Of a DNA stretch of 64,000 nt, positions 12,700 through 26,320 are shown in pieces; the stretch's first letter is position 1; each line of letters begins with the position of its first letter. Below the pieces are notes generated by a model. The model had not been told where the DNA came from and searched no databases. It saw only the letters and a program-made list of their open reading frames with translations. A program made the position numbers and the translations under genes. Source of the stretch: Camelus ferus (Eukaryota); assembly GCF_009834535.1 (NCBI RefSeq), contig NC_045696.1:108068001-108132000 (forward strand). The letters are read 5' to 3'.

Positions 12700-13108
12700 T
12701 GACGAATGTTTCAGTGGATTTCCTCTTCTTCCTGAGTACGTAGCTAGACTACATCTCCCAGTCTCCCTTGCAGTTGGGTGTAACCATGTGACAGGGTTCC
12801 TGCCAGTGGAATATGAGCTGAAGTGATGTGCTTCCAGACCTGGCAAAAAAACATCCCAAGTGCAGGGCTCTATGATCTTTCCCTTTCTGTAGATCAACAC
12901 GGCGACTTGGAAGCCACACTTTGAAGACAGGAGAAGCACAAGACGGAAACAGCCTGGGTCCCTAAATCACCACTTAAAGGAGACCTGCCTGCCAATTAGG
13001 AACCTCCATTTAGAAATTTACACAAGTAAGAATAAGTCTATATCAGGTGTGACCCATCATGCACGTGGGTGTGTTTGTTGCAGCAGCAAACACTACCTTA
13101 CCTAAGAC
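12700..13108 (+). mobile_element. MaLR solo LTR (MLT1I/J-like)
   Basis: ctacatctcccagtctcccttgcagttggg, cagcctgggtccctaaatcaccac, tttgttgcagcagca. Confidence 0.8.
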
Positions 13109-13499
13109 GCTGCTGGCCCTGAGCGCCCCCCTAAGGTCAGGTCCGACTATTCCGAATCAGGAGTCTGTCTACTTCTGGTCCAATCAGTGTGGTAAAGGGG
13201 TTGCACAGAGCAAACTATGGTTATCTCTGTTCCAGAAATGACCTAACACTTCTCTCAGCAGGGGCTTCAAATTTTTTTTGGAAGAGAACTGAGAGCCTGG
13301 CAGTTACCTTGTCTTATTGTCCAAGGCTGTTGGGGGGAAAACACACAGAACTCTATATGACCCCAAATCTGCCTTCTACCAACATCTTAACTCCTTATTC
13401 CCAGTTCTTCTCTTTGCAGCAAGGGTTTAGTCCCTTCTCTGTTGTCACATTTCCAGGGATTCTCATCTCCAAGCGACTCCTCAGTTCTGACTTTCTTCC

Positions 13500-13750
13500 T
13501 TTATGGTCTGGTTCCAGAAACATGGGCTTTTGGAGTTACAGGGACATCAGCCCAAGTCCACCCATCCTCACACGCTGGCCTTGTGATGGCAAACACGTTC
13601 TCTCTCTGAATCTCAGCCTCCTCATCTCTACAGCAGAGATGGAGGTACTTCATAGGGTTGTTGTTGTAAGTGTTTAATGAGCTCTTGTGCTTGAAGCACC
13701 CAACCTTGGGCCTGGCAGGGTGGGCTCCCACTCAGTGGTGGCTGTGATCT
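13500..13750 (+). mobile_element. MIR SINE
   Basis: ctctctgaatctcagcctcctcatctctaca...catagggttgttg. Confidence 0.75.
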
Positions 13751-14474
13751 CTATTGTGTTTGATATTGTGATTTCAGGATTTCATCCTGGTTAGTGGCTC
13801 TGAATATATTGAGGTTGGTTCAGATCCCGTGGAACTTGGATCTGAACGTAATTTGGCAGCTGGTATCCAACTGACATCAGTGCAGGGGACCATTGCTTTC
13901 TGTGAGGTGGATACTGTATTCCTGCTCCTTTCTGCTGGCCAGCAGGCCCGTCAAGGAACCTGATCTCAGCTGGACCCTCAGACCAGGCAGTAGGATTGTG
14001 CTAAGGCACCTGGCCTGCTTAAGGCATCATTCTTTGTCTTAGGTCTTGATGTCTCAGGACTCCTCCCTTGGCCCCGGGAGGTGTTTCTGGGAGCCTGGCA
14101 CATTCTAAAGGATGTTTGAATGGACTTTATAGAACAATCGTTTGTCACCTTTCTTGGATCGTGGGTCTTCTGGAGAATTGGATGACAGTTCTGAATCGTC
14201 TCCTGACACAGATATCCAGACACACATAGACACAGTGTTTTGCATGCTACTTGGAAGGCCTCCTAGGATAGTCAGCCCTTGGCTGGCCAGGTTGGGCTGG
14301 GAACATGCCTGCCTTTCCTGGGGAGCTGTGGACCCTTTCTGGAGAGGGAGCTCCGGGCAGCCTCCCTTCCCGCCGCCTCAGTGAAGGAGGATGAGCCAAG
14401 CACTTTTCTCATCAAGCTCAAATCAACTGTGTGAAGCCTCAGAGGGGCCTTCCCCATGCCCTCCTAGTCATCTT

Positions 14475-14521
14475 GGTCTGAACAATCCTACAGGGTCTGA
14501 ACAATCCTACAGGTTCTGAAC
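14475..14521. repeat. 19-bp tandem repeat, ~2.5 copies
   Basis: ggtctgaacaatcctacag twice exactly, then gttctgaac. Confidence 0.95.
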
Positions 14522-17500
14522 GTTCATCAGTGTCATCCGGATTCTGCCGCTGTTGGATGGAACTTAATTGATTCTTTGGAGGAAAGTGAGTCACCATCGA
14601 GGAGTGCAGGCTGCAGGGCAGGAGTGCACCCGAGGGAAAGGAAAATGACACCGCGCACAGCAGAGATCAAGTGTGCCCTCTCAGCTTCTCCCATACTGCA
14701 ACCCGAGAAGAGTCTGCTTTGGCTGATGGCGCTTAAAGAGGTTTTCAGAATGCTGGACGCCGCCTCCTCCATCCCCCCTCATCCCTCTTCTTTGTTTCTT
14801 TCCCTCCTTTTGTGCATGTGGAACCCCATCCAGCAGAGGAGGAAGGGGACAGGCCGTCCACTTGACTGTCAGAGCTGATCACTGTTGACCTTATCAAAAC
14901 ACAGAATCAATACACTCTTCTCCCAGCAGCCTGGAAAAATCACAAGGAGTTTGAACCGAGGTGATTTGAAGTGCAGCATCGTCTGAAGCAGAAGACAAGT
15001 TAGGAAACCGCTGGGTCTCTGGGTCCTCCCCCACTCAGAGTCTGGTGAGATTCAAAGCAGGCTTTGTCAGTCACACCTGCTCCTGACTGGCTGGACCTGG
15101 GGGCTCAGAGTACCCTCTGTGGGGCTAGGGGAGGGAACGGGGTGGGTGTCGGGGGGGTGGGTGTCGGGCAGTGACCCTGGTCCTCCCCAGGACCTTTCAC
15201 CAGGCTCTCGGGAAAGCCCTCTTCCAGCCTGGCCCTTGAGCAGAGATGCCTCTAGGCTCCAGCTGGATCCTTGGAAAAGCCAAGCCATGTCACTAATTTA
15301 GTGCCAAGGGGTCTTCATGAGGCTACCACCACCCCCCACCCTAGTTTCTTTGCTCCTCTTTCTTTTTTCCTAAGTCTTGCTTTTATATTCCCTTTCTCTT
15401 TCTACTTTGCCTCTTTCTTCAGGAGGAAGAAAATTGAAAGGAAGCAATGGAGTAGAAACCATTGTGGGTGGAAGGGAAGGGGAGTTAGACAAGGTCACCT
15501 GGTGTCTCACAGAAGACGGGGTCACCCTCTCTGGCAGGTTTTGGGTTGGGGTAGGGGGCATGCAGACCCTCCAGGACACCAGAGGCTATTCCCTGGTGGC
15601 AGTGGAACCTGAGCTGGAGTCTTCTATTGCTTCCCTGGGCCTCTCAGCCCTTCTAACAACAAACCAGGGTCTTGGGTATATTCCCTCAAGACATCAACCC
15701 CCTAAACATGTCTCCACCTCCTATTTCTGGCTGTTCCTGCCATTCAGAGCTCATAACTGTTGGAGCCAGCATGGGTCAGGTGCCCAGGGCTGGCAGAACC
15801 ATCAGGCTTTGCTGTACTACACACAGTGTACGACACAGCTGTACACACGGTGTACCACCACCCAGTCTCTCTCTGTCCCTCGGCACTGAGGACTGCAACT
15901 GGTCTGATTCATCCTGGTGTCCCCAGAACCTGTCCCAGGAGACTGCACAGAGAAGTGCCCAGGGACTGGCATTCCTGAGGGGCCCAGTGCTCATCAGGAA
16001 GGCAAGCCTACCTTGACTGAGGTCTACATGGACCCAGCCCCACAGAGAGGCATCACTGTCAGCCCTTCTGTGGCCCCATAGCTTCATTATTGGGCAAGAA
16101 CACAGACAGAAGAGCTGGCCACCTCACTTGCCTCACGACACTAATGCATTGTCCTGCCTTTGCACATCCAGTGGCCTCTGCCTGGAATGCATCCTACCCA
16201 GGCAGAATTAATTGCTCTCTTTTCTGAGTTCCCAAAGGACTTTGCACTCAAGATTTTTACAGCATTGATTACATTGTGCCTTATTGGTTGTTTGCATGAC
16301 TGTCTCCTCCTGTGCAGGCATTCATCCCACAAATACTGATCGAGCATCTTTGCCAGGTGTGGGGGTACATGGGGAACAACACAGGCAGGGCTCTGGCCCT
16401 CATGGAGCCACATGGGAGGATGAATGGCCTTGACAACGCCAGGCACAGAGTAGGCTCACATCGGATGTTCATTGAATGGAATTGAGGATGTGGTATTTGG
16501 AGAGACTGGGCAGAGAAGGGGGCCAGGAACAGGAGATGGAGGCACATCTAGGGCGTGAGATCTTATTGTTATTATTCAGAGAGTTTAGTACTGGGAGGGG
16601 AGAAAAGTGAGCAAAACAAGGAAATCTTGTTGGTAGAGGGGGGCTGGGAGGGAAAGCGGTCCAGCAAGGTTAGGCTGCTGTAAGGATGGCATTAAGGAGG
16701 AGCCTGCTGTCTGCAGGTCTTACCCAAGGCTGTGGCTGCAAGTGTTCTGCCAGCCATTGATACCTGCCACCACTGTGGACGCGGGTCTCGGGATGCTGGG
16801 GAGAGGGGAATGGTAACCAGGAGGGTGCATGAAGCACCAGTGGCAGCTAGGCCCTGGAGCTGACTTCGTTTATTGAGGGGAGTGTAATGCACCCCATTTT
16901 TTAATATCACACAGGTAAATGGAGGGAAACCATCCCTGAGCAAACAATAAAATAGCAAGGATGAAGCATCACAGGTTTGCAGCCTCCCCTCTAAGGAAGA
17001 AGAAAGTAACGATGTGGGGTGCAGATGGGAGTGGTACCCTCGGCCTCTCGAGTCGGAGTCCCCAGCATGTGGAGCCCATGCCTACGGCTGGTGCTGGAGT
17101 GAAGCTTCCAGTTCCCTATGGAACTTAACCCGCCCCAGCGGCAGGTGAGGCTGCCAACCTGCCAGCTGTCAGCATCTCCCGACAGAGCAGCCTGGAGCCA
17201 GCTCCTTTGGAGCAGAGGAACGCTGGTACCCCACCTTTCTTCCCAGCGCATCCCTTCCCACACAACTGGGCTTCCGAGGCCTGGGCATCCTGGGAAATTC
17301 CTCGTGCCCCAGAAGCTCATCCACCCGCAGGCTGGGAGCAGAAATGAACACGGCAGCACCAGCCACAGATGGCCACAGCTTTTAAATAAGCATTTCATTA
17401 GTTCGGAACCCGGGGAAAACACGGTTCAAGTTATAGGGAAAAATAAATGAGTAAGGAGAGCCCGATTTTAAATCCTGCTAGTTATGTTCAGCATGTCCAT

Positions 17501-18459
17501 AAAAGAAGCGGAGCTCTCTTTTTAAAGGGGCCACTGTTAATTAGCCACGGTGCCCATCCAAGCACTTTGTCTAGTTACAGTCTGGTTATGCCGTGCTGGG
17601 GAAGAGGCATACGGTCCCACATATCCTTTTTATGCCTCCTCCTGTCATGCTGAAATTGGCTCCTTCACTCTGTAACTGTGCTTTATGTAGGAGCTGAATG
17701 GAAGTAGCGTTCTGGGTGTTTATACTTGCTGTCCGGCCCCCTCTAAGGCCAATTCGTCCTCATTCCTCCTTCCCCAGGCTGGTGCTCCATCCCGATTGCA
17801 GTGGACATTCTGATTCCATTTCCTCAAGCTATGTGTTCTGTTTCTCTTTTTCTTTCCCCGTGAAGTGATGCCTGGGAGTGCTTGCTGTGTCCTCCGTCTA
17901 ACCTCCAATGGCTTGCTCTGATTTTTCATCCTCCGTGGGAATAGCAGGAGTCCTGCCACCCGCTCCGCACTGAGACCTGGGGTCTAGTCTCAGCTCTCAG
18001 CTCCCGGGTAGGCTTGTCCTGCCCAAGGAGGGCTTTAGACTGTGGTTCATAAAGCCTCCTGAATGCCACTGTCATTAGACATTTTAGCAGGTGACAGGGG
18101 CTGTGTGGGGCACCTGAGACCTGGGTTTGAGTCCCAGCTGCACCACTGATAACTGAACCCCAGTTTCCCCATCTGCAGGGTGCGGACAAGAGGCCGTGCT
18201 GTGGGGAGGAATGATGGCCCCACAGCTCCCAGGCATCTTCTGACCTGCTTCTTTCGGTGTTCATCAGCTTGGGCTTACATTAGCTAGAAGATTAGATGAC
18301 CTTAAAAAAAAAAAAAAACCTTAAAAAAAAAAGCCAAAGAACCTCTCAGATTTCGGCTGATTCTGGGTGCAAAGGGTCGTGGTTTCAGAGTAAGTCTAGT
18401 TGGCTTGGATATTCCAAGATGCTCTTGGAAAGACCCCACGAATCCCATTAGGATGATAG

Positions 18460-18670
18460 CCAGTGCTCTGTGCGCACCTACTGGTGTGGGCGCTGATCTG
18501 GTGGTTAGCACTGTGCATCATGCAGTCTTTACCATGACACCATGAGGCAGGTGTCCTTACTCCGATTTGATGGATAAGGAAACTGAGACTTGGAGAGGTG
18601 AATAATGGTTCCAAGACCTCACATTCGATTTGTGTTTCAGCTGGCCTGCTGACTTCCGACTCTGTCTTCC
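18460..18670 (-). mobile_element. MIR SINE
   Basis: gataaggaaactgagacttggagaggtgaataatggttccaagacctcaca. Confidence 0.75.
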
Positions 18671-18726
18671 CAGCATGCATTGCCGTTCCTGCACAAATCT
18701 CAGAATCCAAGAGCAATTCCCTAGAG

Positions 18727-18913
18727 CAGTGCTGTCTATTAGAAAGTTTTCTACAATGATGGAAAAATCCTATGCTGCTGTGTCTAGTACAATAACCATT
18801 AGCTGCTTGAAATGAGGCTAGTGTGACAGGGCTGAGTTTTACATTTTATTTCATTTTGCTTTCTAAATTTAAATAGCTCACATGGGTAGTGGTTGCCATG
18901 TTGGACAGTGCCG
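18727..18913. mobile_element. MER3 hAT-Charlie MITE
   Basis: terminal inverted repeats cagtgctgtctatt / ttggacagtgccg; 8-bp TSD ccctagag / tgctagag. Confidence 0.85.
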
Positions 18914-19359
18914 TGCTAGAGCCTGAATTTTGCTAATGCAAGTCCTCAGGGAGACCCCAGGAGCTCGTAACCTATGGCCCCCACTCAAGCTCCTCCTACC
19001 CCCCTGCCACGTATAGATACGCTGAGTGGCTACCTTCCCATAGCTCTGTAGTAAACTGGGTGTCACCTTCTGCTCACAGTGATATGGCCAGAGCCCTGGG
19101 GGTTTCTGTTGGACTGGATGGCTCTCCATCTGGTAGTTTCTTTTCCCAACTTCCCTTTAACTTTTGGTTTCTGATCTTTAATGTCAGAGTTGAGTCTCCC
19201 GTTTGCCAGCTCAGTTCTATCTGCAGCTATGACTGGCGGTCCAATTAGCCCTCTAGAAGTCACTGGTGCATGGGTACACAGGCTCTTTTCACACTCTTGG
19301 CAGTTTGGGCATCACGTCTTTTCTTTCTCTTTGAAATGTCTTTTTTTTTTTTTTTTTTT

Positions 19360-19900
19360 CCTGATTGAAGAAGTAGTGCATGTTGATTATAGAAAATGTA
19401 GAAACTATGGGAAAGTAAGTAAAAACTGAGAGCCATGCTAGTATTTACACTATATCACTTTTATAGTTTGAGATTTTTATTCTTCCGGGTAGATGTAGTT
19501 TTAACATTAGGAGGATATAATTTGAAATGTAAACTTTTATTTACCAATAGGCCATGAATGTTCAGTCATCAAATATACTGCAATAACACGGCTTTAAACA
19601 GGCGTAAAATACGTTCTTGTGTGACTATTTTAAAGCTTATTTAACCAACCTCTCAGGGGAACATTTAGGTTAGTCCCAATGTTTTTGCTATTTTGGATAA
19701 CACTAATGAACACCCGTACAGCTGATTCAGATAATTCTTTGTGTATATCTGTCATCAGTTCATTAGAGCAGACTCCTAAATTGCAGTTGAGAGGTCAAAG
19801 GACATGTGTCTTTTAAAGCTCTCTCTGAGTGTTGCCAAAACTGCTTCCCGGGAGGTTTACCAACTTTTATTCCCATCCGTAGGGCACGAGAATGCCTGCC
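19360..19900 (-). mobile_element. old L1M 3' region
   Basis: ttatttaaccaacc...acatttaggtt...ttgccaaaactgcttccc...ccaacttttattcccatc. Confidence 0.7.
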
Positions 19901-19979
19901 TGTGATGGGGTCAAGTGACCTGAGCAAATGCCCGCCTCTCGGGTTCACCACTGTATTTTAAAAAATTGGAATTAAAAGG

Positions 19980-20519
19980 TGTTTCACTTACTCTTGCTTT
20001 GTAACAACTTATTCCCAAACTTAGCCACCTAGAACTACCACTTAATTTGGCTCACAGTGTTGGGAGGCAGGAATTCAGGAAGGGCTTGGCGGGGCATTTC
20101 TTGCACGGAGTCTCTGATGTGATCACTGCCAGAGGCTGGCTCGGGCTGGGGCTGGAACCATCTGAAGGCTTGATGAGGCTGGACATCCAAGACGGCTCAC
20201 TCATGCGGCTGCTCTTGGTGCTCCCCGCTGCGTGGGAGCTCAGCTGGGGCTGTCAACTGGAGTCCCACTTGTGATTGCTCCAGCATGGTGCTCTCAGGGC
20301 AGCTGGATTTCTTGTATGGCACCTGGCTTCCCCCAGAGTGAGTATTCCAAGAGATCCCACTTGAAGCTGCACAGGCTTTTCTGACCTAACTTGGAAGTCC
20401 TACAGCATCACAACTACCACACTCTGCTCATAAATGTGTGCAGATTCACGACAGGAGACAGACTCTCCAGTTTAATGGGAGAGATGTCAAAGATTTGGGG
20501 CCATTTTTGAAAACCACCA
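19980..20519 (-). mobile_element. MaLR solo LTR (MLT1F/G/H-like)
   Basis: tgtaacaacttattcccaaacttag, ggacatccaagacggctcactcatg, gggagctcagctggggctgtc, ggccatttttgaaaaccacca. Confidence 0.85.
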
Positions 20520-23279
20520 ATAAGATATTTTACATGGAAGCATGGTCTGCATGGTATCAGAGATGTATCATCATCAGTGGTCCTCAAGTTGTCAAGAGAC
20601 CTGTAACTGAGACAGTGTCTAAAGACTGTGCTGGACATACATGATGGCTGCTAAGGGCCTTGTGCTGGGTGGATGTGAAAAAGGACAACCATGGGCAGAC
20701 TGGGGATTTATTAGTCAATGTGAACAACAGTCAAGGGTCCAGAGTCTGGGGCTGGCTGGTCACGGACTCCCAGGCATCTCTGACATAAGTAGGGGATTCA
20801 GAGAGCCCAGCCAGGTAGGAGGATGGAGCTGTGTGGGCCAGAATCTTCTGGAGACTTTTCCAGAATACATATAACCAGACTGAGGAAAGAGAGTGTGGCA
20901 TGTCTATTTTGCAACAATTCTCTGACAATTACGATGCTGCCCTCCCCAAAGGGCCCTGGCTGACAAGATGTTTTATTTTGCGTCTGTCACCTCAGTTGAT
21001 TCTTGCAAAAGGTAAGGCAGGTGTTAGTACCCCTGTTTCATAGAGAAGGAATTCAAAGCGCAGAGAGATTGAGTGACTACACAGACAGATCCACGTTCGA
21101 ACTGAAAATTTCTGACTCCTCTAGAAATCACTCACCATGTTTCTTTCTGGGAGGACTTCATGGCCAGTCCCTTTACTGTGGCATTCTTGAGGCTGTCAGT
21201 GGGGTGACTGGCATACATTTGGTTGGACTGTGTTGGTAGCTTTATGGCCCAGAGGGTCTGGGGCAGGGAGATTCTGGAACTTGGACTGAGCCATCTTCTG
21301 TGCACATAGGGACAATGTCCTATCTGATTCACTTGCAAGTTTCAACTGAATTTGGGTTGTGAAGGTGACACCTCCTTTGGTGGGGATGCTGAGGCCATTA
21401 TGGATGCACAACACATCTCCAAATGCAACAGCCAGGCTCCACTCCTCCAAAGGTGGGTTCGTGGTGCAAAAACAACAAAACACACCTTGATTTTACATTT
21501 CAAAGGGCTGCTAGGGGGAGGAGGCTGGCTTGCTGCTTGGAAGTAAATCTGGGCAGGAGCCAGCTTTTAAAGACCAGGATGTATCCTTTTGATAGAAAGG
21601 AAAAGGGGGTATCGAGGAGCAACAGACTCCATCCCCAGCCAGCGGGAACAGTGATTGCTAAATAAATGTCCCCTGATCTTGCAAGCCTTTGATGATAACT
21701 GACAGTATAATCTCTTCAGGTGGGAGGAGACAAATGAAGGTGAAAACCACAACTTGTAAGAGTTCAGAGAGCCCCTGGTCAGCTCCCATGATGTCCAACA
21801 TAAAAGCCAGGCTCTGAGAGAAGAGACTTGTCTAAAGTCACTCAGTGCATAAGTGGCAGCAATAGGATGAAAACCCAGGACTCGCCCTGCCCAGTTCGGG
21901 CTTGTGCCGTCACGGCGACGTTGAGGCTCCCTGGAACAGGGGACCCAGAATGCAGAGCGGAGCCAGGCATTTTCTCACTCCTGAGGTGACACGTTTTCTG
22001 TTTTGATCCTCTTTGTCATCCCATCCCTCTTCCTTCGGTGGGAGGATGAGCTGTTAGTTAAAACGGGATGCCTTACAATTGGCCTGGTGAGCTTTGAGTG
22101 CTTGGAGAAACACCCCAACCGTTTCCTCCCACCGCTAAAAGGATCTCTGTTTGTAAGGTCCAAATGTTCCCAGTTAGTATGTAAAGCAATAAGCTATTAT
22201 TAGCTTTCATTTCCAATTTTGTTTTCCCAATGAGTTTGAATCATCAAAGCAGATCTTCCGATAGGGACAGAGGACAGGTAAGTCTTGATGGCTGGAGGTG
22301 GACTGTGAAATATGTGTGCAGTGAACATCGCCTGGGGAAGACAATGTATCTCGGAGTTTTATGGGCCATCAGGGATAATATAAAGGTACCCAGAGCCTGA
22401 AGTGAGGGGAAGGAGGAGGAGAACCACCAAACAACGGGCATGGCGGGGAGTAGCTGCACCAAGACCTCCACTGCCCAGGTCACAATTCTCCTGGGATTCA
22501 TGCCTGTTGTTATTCTTGGCTAAATCCATGGGGTTTCTCACTAGGCATATGGGACATTGGATCAATGGTCAGAGAATCTGGTCCTCCTTTGGTCTAAGAG
22601 CATGTCTGCCATGTCTGTGTCCTAAGAACCTGGTATCAAGCAGAGCTACTCTCTGGAAGGACATCTAATCAAGTCCCTTCACTGGACTGGTGAGATCCTG
22701 AGAGACTCTGTGACCTGCTTCAGCCAGCCAGTGGGGCATTGATCCTGAGTCCCCATTCCCTGACTTTTATCTCCTTCCTTCATTAAAAACAAAACCCAAA
22801 GGTACCAAAAACTGCTATCTGCAGTTAGTGATTGGGACTTGGGACTCTGGCTTTGGCCTCTAGCATCTCTGAATTGACAAGTGTTGGGGTGAGGAAGAGA
22901 TATCTCGCATCTTTCCTGGGTCAATGATCAGGTGTGGCCCAAGGTATGTTCACTCTGAATGAATATTTCCTGGACAAGTGCCTTACCTGGGGAACCAAAG
23001 GAGTGAGAGAGAAAAGGGAAGAAAGAAGGGAAAAGTGGCTTAACTTGGCAAATTAGACGAGGATAAGGATAAATTTTATAGTTCCCATTCCCAGAGGGAG
23101 TTCTTGATGCGTGGGATGTCCTGCTCAGAGAAAGAGCCCAACCTGTCCACTCAACCTCATGCCTGATCATCTGACTCCTTTGATAGAAGCCAATAATAAT
23201 AGTCCACATTCACTTAGCACACATTGCCAAGAAACTCAAAAATGTATTATAAATGTCATGTGCTGTGACAGGCACTATT

Positions 23280-23535
23280 ATCCTTTGAGAGATACAGCAA
23301 CAAATCATTTAATAATTAATTTACAAATACCAGAAAACCGGAGGGTACTGGATGGAAACCAGCGTGACTGTGCAAGGGACCAATCACATCAGACCAATTT
23401 AATTTCCTCCAGTGTCAGAATGACAGGTCTGGAAGATGAGGCAAAAGCAAAAGATGTAAAATATCCTGACTTCAGTAAGCCCTTTAGCTCTGTTCCGTGG
23501 GGTGTCCTCATAAACATGCTATGAAAATATGGTGC
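23280..23535 (+). mobile_element. CR1/L3 LINE RT fossil
   Basis: ORF 23111-23524 ends NQRDCARDQSHQTNLISSSVRMTGLEDEAKAKDVKYPDFSKPFSSVPWGVLINML*KYG; this aligns without gaps to the CR1 motif SQHGF..SCQTNLISF.DRVT.LVD.G..VDV.YLDFSKAFD.VPH..L..KL.KYG. Confidence 0.88.
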
Positions 23536-24419
23536 AGCCTCTGCTATTGTTATTTAGTCTTTGATTTATCAGGGTTCCCTTTCCCTTTCCCTAAAGAGTT
23601 GGAGTGGAGCCTTCTGCAGAGAAATGCCTGCCTTCCTGGAGAGCCCTGGGAGGGCCTCGCTCAGGACCTAGGCCTGGAATGAGTCTGGTTCAGTAATATG
23701 ATTACAGAGATAATTCATGGTGACATATGCACTTGAACATTTACAAAATGCTTCGAGTTGGATCTCAAACCCAAGTCGTTGGATTCCCAACTCAGAACAC
23801 TTCCTGCTCTCCCATAATTACCTTTAAAGGAACTGGTCACTCAACCATCCTAGAGGAGTTGTGGTTTCTTCTAGGACAGCCAGGAGGAGGTCTTAGAACA
23901 GTAACGTTTACCGTGGAGACTGGGGAAGCTGCTTTCCTGAGGAGAGCCCTCCAACCCCGTGGCCTCCAGGCCCTTTCCAGAGCGATTTCCTCCCGTGCAC
24001 TAAAGGAGCGGTGGGCAGGCCTGCTGGTGAGCCCAAGCAGGTGTGATGCTGGCCATTTGGCTCAGGTGAGCGCAGAGTGACCAGGGTAGAGAAGGCTTTC
24101 TATTCTCAGGGTGAAGACAGAAGATTTCACAAACCTCTGAGAGATCCAATTGTTAACAGGTTCTGGGGGACATACAGAGAGCTGCTGCCCTGGTTGTGTG
24201 GTCCCTGGAAGCGCTGCTTGAGCCTGCTGACCAGCGGTAGAAGGTGGGAGAGGACCACTACTCTGTCCACTGAGGGGAGACACGTGGGCAAAGCTGCTTC
24301 CAGCCCCCACTGCGGAGAGGAGGCTTGTCATCATTTGACAGCCCATTCACTGCCTGCCCACTAGGAGGCAAAAATCTACCATCTTTGTGATGCCTTTGGT
24401 TTGAGAGACCCTCAACAGC

Positions 24420-25115
24420 TGGAACTGTCTGAATGCCCAGGAAACATGTAGTCACAAGTAGAAGAAGAAAACTCATCACCAACTTAAGGGAATTTAGTCA
24501 ACAATGAGAACAGGCGGCTTTTACTGAGGTAGAACCAAACAATGAGGCAGAAGAGAGCTTTAGTAGAACAGAGGGAAGAACTCTCAAGGAAAACTAGAGA
24601 AAACATTGACTTTCTAAAACCACAAAAAGCAATTTCTTAATTAAAATTGATAGGCAAACTGTAAAAGAGACTGGTCACTGCTGGGAACCAAATCAGTGTT
24701 CTGGATGATTGTAAGGGAGAAATAGCTCACAAACAAAATAAAGAAACAAAGATGTGGAGATCTGGAGCAAAAGCTAAGAAATATAACCAAGTAATGCAAT
24801 GTGAAAAAAAATTGCAAATACACCAGGGGTTCTAGAAGGGTAGGTGGAGAAATAATAATTAAAGAAATCACAGAAGAAACATTTCCTGACCGAAGAGAGA
24901 CAAAGTTTGAGTCTTGGAGATTCCAGGATCGTTGCAAACAGATGTACCCTAGACAATGTCAGATGACGTCACTGAGAACAAATGAAATAGAGAAAACTTT
25001 ACAGGCCAGAAGCCAGAAGACTGTGGACCAATATTCACTAACACTGAAAGAAAAGAATTATGGTCTAAGAATTCTATTACCAGTGAAGGTAACTGTCAAC
25101 TCTCAGGGCATTTTT
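24420..25115 (+). mobile_element. L1 ORF1 / HAL1-like fossil
   Basis: ORF 24801-25136 contains IIKEITEETFPD, PRQ...EKTLQARSQK and LKEKNYGLRILLPVKV (cf. ORF1p ENFP, KEKILKAAREK, LKEKNFQPRILYPAKL). Confidence 0.8.
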
Positions 25116-25482
25116 GGACACATAATTTACCAGTGATCATTCCATCCACATTCTGCATGCAAGTTCAAAAACTGGAAGGGAACTTAAAGATAATTGTAGC
25201 CGCTTCTCTCCCCTCGATCCATTGTATTTATTTTTCCTTTGGGTGTGTTCCTGGTGTGATAAAAGCAGGGCAGGAAGTGGAGAGAAAGTCAGGAAGGATG
25301 TTAAAACCATTATATGGGTTTTAATGCTTATTTCTGTTTAGAAGAACTGAGTTGACCATAATAAACATAATCCCAGGTTTGCCTGAGGGGCCCCAGGGAA
25401 TCAATTTAGTGGCAGTGGAATTTCCCAATGGGGGAGACACGAGACAGTGCTGCAGGGTTGGAAATCCTTGAAAAGTTCCCAC

Positions 25483-25612
25483 CTAGAGTTTTCCGACTTA
25501 AATAAAAATATGGGATGCCCTGTTAAACTTGAATTCATGTAAACAATGACATTTTTAAGTATAAATACGTTCCAAATATCGCATGAGCATCCTGTATTTT
25601 ACCCAAGAACTT
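25483..25612. mobile_element. MER53-like hAT MITE, internally deleted
   Basis: aaataaaaatatgggatgccctgttaaacttgaatt ... gcatcctgtattttac (inverted ends). Confidence 0.7.
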
Positions 25613-25857
25613 TATTCTCACTTCCACAGTCACCCGGAGTCATAGAGAGCTACAGTTTTCAGGGAGTTTGGGACATGGGCTATAGATGGATGCTGAAGAC
25701 TGGTGTTTCAATGGAAGGAAAAAAAGAACACCTAGAAGTGAAAGATGGGGTTAGTGCCAATGGGGGAGCCAGAGGACCAGTTTCTGAAGGACAGCTTGTC
25801 TCTCTTGGGATTTGAAACATATTTGAATGGGTCCTTGCCTGTGTGGCATTTAAATCA

Positions 25858-26081
25858 AGACTGGCAGATACTAACTACTATGTATAAAAGTAGACAGACA
25901 ACAAGTTTATACTGTATGGCACAGGGAACGATATTCAATATCTTGTAGTAACCTATAAGGAAAAAGAGTATGAAAATGAATATATGTATGTCTATGTATG
26001 ACTGAAACATTATGCTGTACACCAGAAATTGACACAACATTGTAAACTGACTATACTTCAATAAAAAAGCATGCAAAAAAA
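25858..26081 (+). mobile_element. young L1 3' end
   Basis: tatgctgtacaccagaaattgacacaacattgtaaactgactatacttcaataaaaaa; same family as 1580-2798. Confidence 0.9.
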
Positions 26082-26109
26082 TCTCATTATAAAGAGTGTG
26101 TGTGTGTGA

Positions 26110-26320
26110 GATAATAAAGGCTAATTTTCATTGAGCATTTACTACACCAGGCACTCTGCAAATCACTTTAGCCCATTTAGTTTTTAGAACAATGACTTCA
26201 TTTTACAGATGTGGAAAAAGGTGCAGAGAGCTTACGTTACTTGCTTAAAGTCATATAGCCAGCAAGTGGCAGAGCCAGGACTTGAACCCAGGGTTGCCTG
26301 ACTTAGCAGCTATGCCATGC
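26110..26320 (-). mobile_element. MIR SINE
   Basis: cattttacagatgtggaaa...agtggcagagccaggacttgaacccagg. Confidence 0.85.

Noticed and set aside
13818..13847. Perfect 10-bp hairpin gttcagatcc / ggatctgaac
   Set aside because: Too short for a pre-miRNA, and one such stem in 64 kb is unsurprising.
24356..24374. CTCF-like CCACTAGGAGGCA (also CCACCAGGTGGC near 36095)
   Set aside because: Imperfect matches that cannot be scored without a matrix or ChIP data.
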